From the NCBI GenBank assembly GCA_973895155.1, contig OZ316893.1, forward strand, positions 27,153,252 to 27,217,251: a stretch of 64,000 nt of DNA. The letters run 5' to 3'. Both the position numbers and the translations under genes were made by a program. Positions 60,439 to 64,000 of this stretch are shown here, one piece after another. This DNA is from Marsupella aquatica. Its lineage: Eukaryota > Plantae > Marchantiophyta. Numbering within the stretch: position 1 is the stretch's first letter; each line of letters opens with the position of its first letter. The notes beneath the pieces are model-generated. The model was not told the DNA's origin. It was given only the letters and a program-made list of their open reading frames with translations, and did not search any database.

Positions 60439-62691
60439 ATGCAACGCAGCGCAATTCCGAGGACTCTGCATCGGTGCACCCACTTTCTTCACGGCTATTC
60501 ATTCCAGTCGTCGGATGTTCCCATGTTTCCAGCATTTAGCCTTCTGCAAAGAAGCTCGAAATGGGTCGGTGGCGTCACCTTCGAATCGGAATCATTTTCC
60601 GTTCGTAGCACAGCCCCATTGCTCTTCTCTCGTGAAAACCAACGATTCTGTCCAACAAGTGAAAGCTCGCTTCCTCTCGTCAAGGAAGAAGGTTTCCCCA
60701 AAGATTGCAGCCAACGACGACCGCCCCCGAAGCCTACCAACCGCACTCTTACATTAGAGAGTGAGTTGTGCTTATCGAGTCAAGCGCCCTCGAGAAGATG
60801 CGCTCCCGTTTTCTTCGCAACAAAGGATGCGGGGGTAGAAGTGATTGGAACCCCATGTCAAGGATCACTGGTGTTTGAGCTTGAGAAGCGCTATTATTCC
60901 ATGGACCTGATTCGACCTGCATCACCCTCAGCGGCAGTAGCAGTAGCAGAAGCGGTGGCGAAGGCGGAGCCTGCAACTGAGCTTGCTAGATGGTTCTGGG
61001 AAGGGACTCAGAAGGAGGCTTATTGCGCTCTCTACGATCCATTCGTGGTGGCTCTCGCAGCGGGAACTCTGCACATCAGCGCCTTCAAGAGGTACATTGG
61101 GCAAGACATCTACTTTTTGGCAGCTTTTGCTGAGGCTTATGGACTAGCAATTGAGAACACTGACGATCCGGAAGCCAAGGCTGTTCTGCAAGTACTGAAG
61201 CTCGGTGTCCAGGATGAGCTCAATCAAGTGCACTCGTCTGTAGTCTCTTTAGGGGAGGCTGTGACAGAAATCCATCCTAATGCTGCCACTTCTGCCTATA
61301 CGGATTTTCTGTTTGGGGTCGCAAGTGGGAATGACGATGATACAAAGTTTGAGGTTAACAAGGGGGGTCGTGCTGATGAAACTGCTGCTCTTCAATGGAG
61401 AAGAAGGAGAGCAGCCTGCACAATTGCTGCCATGACTCCTTGCAATCGGTTGTACGCATTCTTAGGGCAGGAGATTAAAAAAGCTCTCAAGGGAGACACG
61501 AGTTCGAGTGCTTATGCTCAGTGGATTGACACATATGCATCCACGGATTTTCGATCCACTGCTATTCGGAGTGAGCAGCTGGTGCATGGACTTGCCATGC
61601 CATTCCCTGGGGAAATTGACGTGGCCGCCATGGAGAGGCTGTATCGTCGTGCGATGGACCTGGAAGTGGGGTTTTTTGCTGCCCAGGAACAGCCTCCCCT
61701 ATCTCCTGTCTTTGTCCCAATATTTCGTAGAGGGCTGGCTTCCAATTCTCATTTCGTCCTCATGTCAGACTTCGATTCAACATGCACGGTGTCCGATTCG
61801 TGTCCAGTATTGGCAGATTTATCCGTAGCCACCAGAGAAAAGGAGATTGCGACTGGAGGAGGAGTAGCAATTTCTTCTGCAGAGTCCTTAAGGAGTCGGT
61901 GGGATTCATTAGTTGGTTTGTACACACAAGAATTCACCGAGTTGCTTGACCTTTTACTGTCTGACAAGGAGCTCGGCCCTCGAGGGTCACAGCAGGAAAG
62001 GGCTTACAATCCAGGGACAGCACGGCAGGTTTTAGAGGCACTTGCAGAGTTTGAGATCGCTGCCAATAAAAGGGTGGTAGATGCCAGTGTCCTGTCGGGC
62101 CTGAGTATAGAAGATGTGAAACAGGCGGGAGGGAGCATTCCACTCCGTGAAGGGTGCCGTGATTTGCTGAAGCGAATTTCTGGAGACAGTTTGCCAATAG
62201 ATTTTCAAATATTGTCCGTCTGTTGGAGCCGTTCCATTATCGAAGGCTCTTTTTCTGGGAATGGCCTACAATTCGGCGAAGTTCATTCTAACGAGCTCGA
62301 GTTTGATAACAAGGGCGTAAGTACGGGAAATATGTTGAGAACAGTTCAAACAGCTGTGGACAAGGAGAACTGCTTCATCGAGATTATGAATCGAACTAGA
62401 GAAAAGCTGGAAGGCAAATTGAGTTCGAAAACTCCCTTCGCCGTATACGTCGGAGACAGCCTCACGGATCTCCTTTGTTTGCTGAGGGCCGACATTGGAA
62501 TTGTAGTAGGTGACAGCAGTAGCCTTAAAAGGGTGGCCGAGGCAGCTGGAATCACCCTCCTTCCTCTCTACAGTGGGTTATTGCAACAGCAGGAAGAAGC
62601 TACCCAGGTTGATACTTGGACAAAAGTGAATGGAGTCTTGTATCGAATCTCTAATTGGCATGAATTGCATGCTTTCCTGCTAGGCAGTTGA
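60439..62691 (+). CDS. TH2: Bifunctional TenA-HAD protein TH2 (thiamin salvage hydrolase / thiamin monophosphate phosphatase), single exon
   Basis: TenA: PFVVALAAG, YIGQDIYFL..FA.AY, AMTPC.RLY.FLG, Y..WI.TY, LE..FF. HAD: SDFDSTCT, ILSVCWS, YVGDSLTDLLCLLRADIGI. In-frame ATGs at 60439, 60523 and 60901; the true start is uncertain. Confidence 0.92.
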   Translation: MQRSAIPRTLHRCTHFLHGYSFQSSDVPMFPAFSLLQRSSKWVGGVTFESESFSVRSTAPLLFSRENQRFCPTSESSLPLVKEEGFPKDCSQRRPPPKPTNRTLTLESELCLSSQAPSRRCAPVFFATKDAGVEVIGTPCQGSLVFELEKRYYSMDLIRPASPSAAVAVAEAVAKAEPATELARWFWEGTQKEAYCALYDPFVVALAAGTLHISAFKRYIGQDIYFLAAFAEAYGLAIENTDDPEAKAVLQVLKLGVQDELNQVHSSVVSLGEAVTEIHPNAATSAYTDFLFGVASGNDDDTKFEVNKGGRADETAALQWRRRRAACTIAAMTPCNRLYAFLGQEIKKALKGDTSSSAYAQWIDTYASTDFRSTAIRSEQLVHGLAMPFPGEIDVAAMERLYRRAMDLEVGFFAAQEQPPLSPVFVPIFRRGLASNSHFVLMSDFDSTCTVSDSCPVLADLSVATREKEIATGGGVAISSAESLRSRWDSLVGLYTQEFTELLDLLLSDKELGPRGSQQERAYNPGTARQVLEALAEFEIAANKRVVDASVLSGLSIEDVKQAGGSIPLREGCRDLLKRISGDSLPIDFQILSVCWSRSIIEGSFSGNGLQFGEVHSNELEFDNKGVSTGNMLRTVQTAVDKENCFIEIMNRTREKLEGKLSSKTPFAVYVGDSLTDLLCLLRADIGIVVGDSSSLKRVAEAAGITLLPLYSGLLQQQEEATQVDTWTKVNGVLYRISNWHELHAFLLGS

Positions 62692-64000
62692 TTGTGCCCC
62701 CTCGTCGGCCTTCTACCTGGCTCTCCGCCCTTACTCCGGTGTAATTCCAGCAAGCAGACATACCTTGCTCGTGCATGACTGCAGGCTAGAAAAAAAATCA
62801 GGTTGCCTTCCATTCCGTTCTTGCCTGGAAATTTGCAGCAACTGGGAAATCAGCTGCTCGTTTGAGGTTGTCAATTTTAACATTGCAGAAAACCTTGGGT
62901 TGAAGAACGTAAAAGCTATGTAATTATGAACTCATTAAGCGTCAGTCTTGATGGTACCATCTTACATATGTATCTTGATGGTTCAGATTCGCCAGGATAA
63001 GGTTACTACCAAGTTATGCTATAAATGATAAAATCAAATGAATGATGTCTCTCACAGTGAAAAAACCCTTTCAAACATTAAATCCCTTACAAGATACACA
63101 AAAGGTACAAATTCGTCCCATCCAAGGCACGAAGATTGACAGAGAACGAACAGCAGGTCACAGAACAAATTGACTAAAATATTTACAGTGACAAGACGAC
63201 GTTGCCATGATAAGACAAGAAGGCAAATACTGTGGAACCTGTAGTGCATTGCCAAATCTAGTATTGTATACATTCCCTACGGCAGGGCTCACTCCCACCG
63301 ATTTCAAGCTTCACGGGAGCTTGGTATCTTTATCTGGTTTATTATTTTTACAGGTGTAAAAGCATGGGGGGTTGAATACTTTGAGTGAGGAAGTCATGAT
63401 CCCCACCTGTACTTTCAATGCCTCAGTTAGAGATCAGGGAAGCAAAAAAAGAAGACTTATACCAAGATGTCCCTTGAAGCAAAATCTGATTGCTTAGAGC
63501 ACCCTAAGATTCAAGCCTTCAGTTTCCAATCACAAATGATTCCGATAAATGTAAGTTATTTGCTAAGCAGGTAAATATGTTAGCAACAGATGCTGTGATT
63601 GGATTCTGACTGAAAGAAACCCTCGACTAGACCTTGAGACTTTGGACAGGAGCACCTCATTTGCAGCTTCCAACTACAGTCGATCACGTCACCTGGCACT
63701 TTTCTACAGGAGTTACAATTACAAGGACACTCTTACATCTTGCGTTATCAATGTGCCCAGTTTATGGAGAAACTGATGCAACTAGGACCTCTGGAAGTAC
63801 ACACCCAACACATTGAGGAAGAGTTTCTGGAGGACCTTCGCGAAACACCCTCATATAACAAACTGTCGAGGTCCGCAGATAAGAACAGCCTGCCAGGTTA
63901 AGTCACGAGGTTGAGGCACGAGCTTCGACTGAGGACTCGGCCACTGACAGAGATTTTAGAAAATCCAGCCGAACCCTGACCAGACAGTCCATAGCGCAGA

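Noticed and set aside
62692-63900. Looked for a TPP riboswitch downstream of the thiamin gene TH2
   Set aside because: No CTGAGA...ATACC...TGAT..GG.TAATGCC core was seen. Plant TPP riboswitches are known from THIC/THI1, not TH2.

Overview
Eukaryotic nuclear DNA from a non-seed land plant, probably a bryophyte such as a liverwort (inferred from gene content and intron style). There are five host genes: the first exon of a plastid-type DnaJ (-), SWP73/BAF60 SWIB (-), eIF3b (-, 10 exons, one GC-AG intron), thylakoid TerC (+, about 14 exons) and an intronless TenA-HAD TH2 (+). Between them lies a nested, decayed transposon cluster at about 24.6-46.5 kb. Two observations stand out. (1) A Ty3/Gypsy polyprotein carries a DNMT3-like C5 cytosine methyltransferase in frame upstream of RT and a PHD finger after integrase. 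(2) Two related 4.0-4.6 kb units (4834-9428 and 32491-36497) have TG...CA inverted termini and 5-bp target-site duplications but no gag, pol or transposase. Each encodes a long PMD/plant-transposon-like plus coiled-coil protein, so they look like giant protein-coding solo LTRs. An L1 LINE is interrupted by one of these units and by a Bianca-like Copia with about 105-bp LTRs. A hAT-type MITE and several tandem or dispersed repeats are also present. All calls are by eye; no database searches were run.
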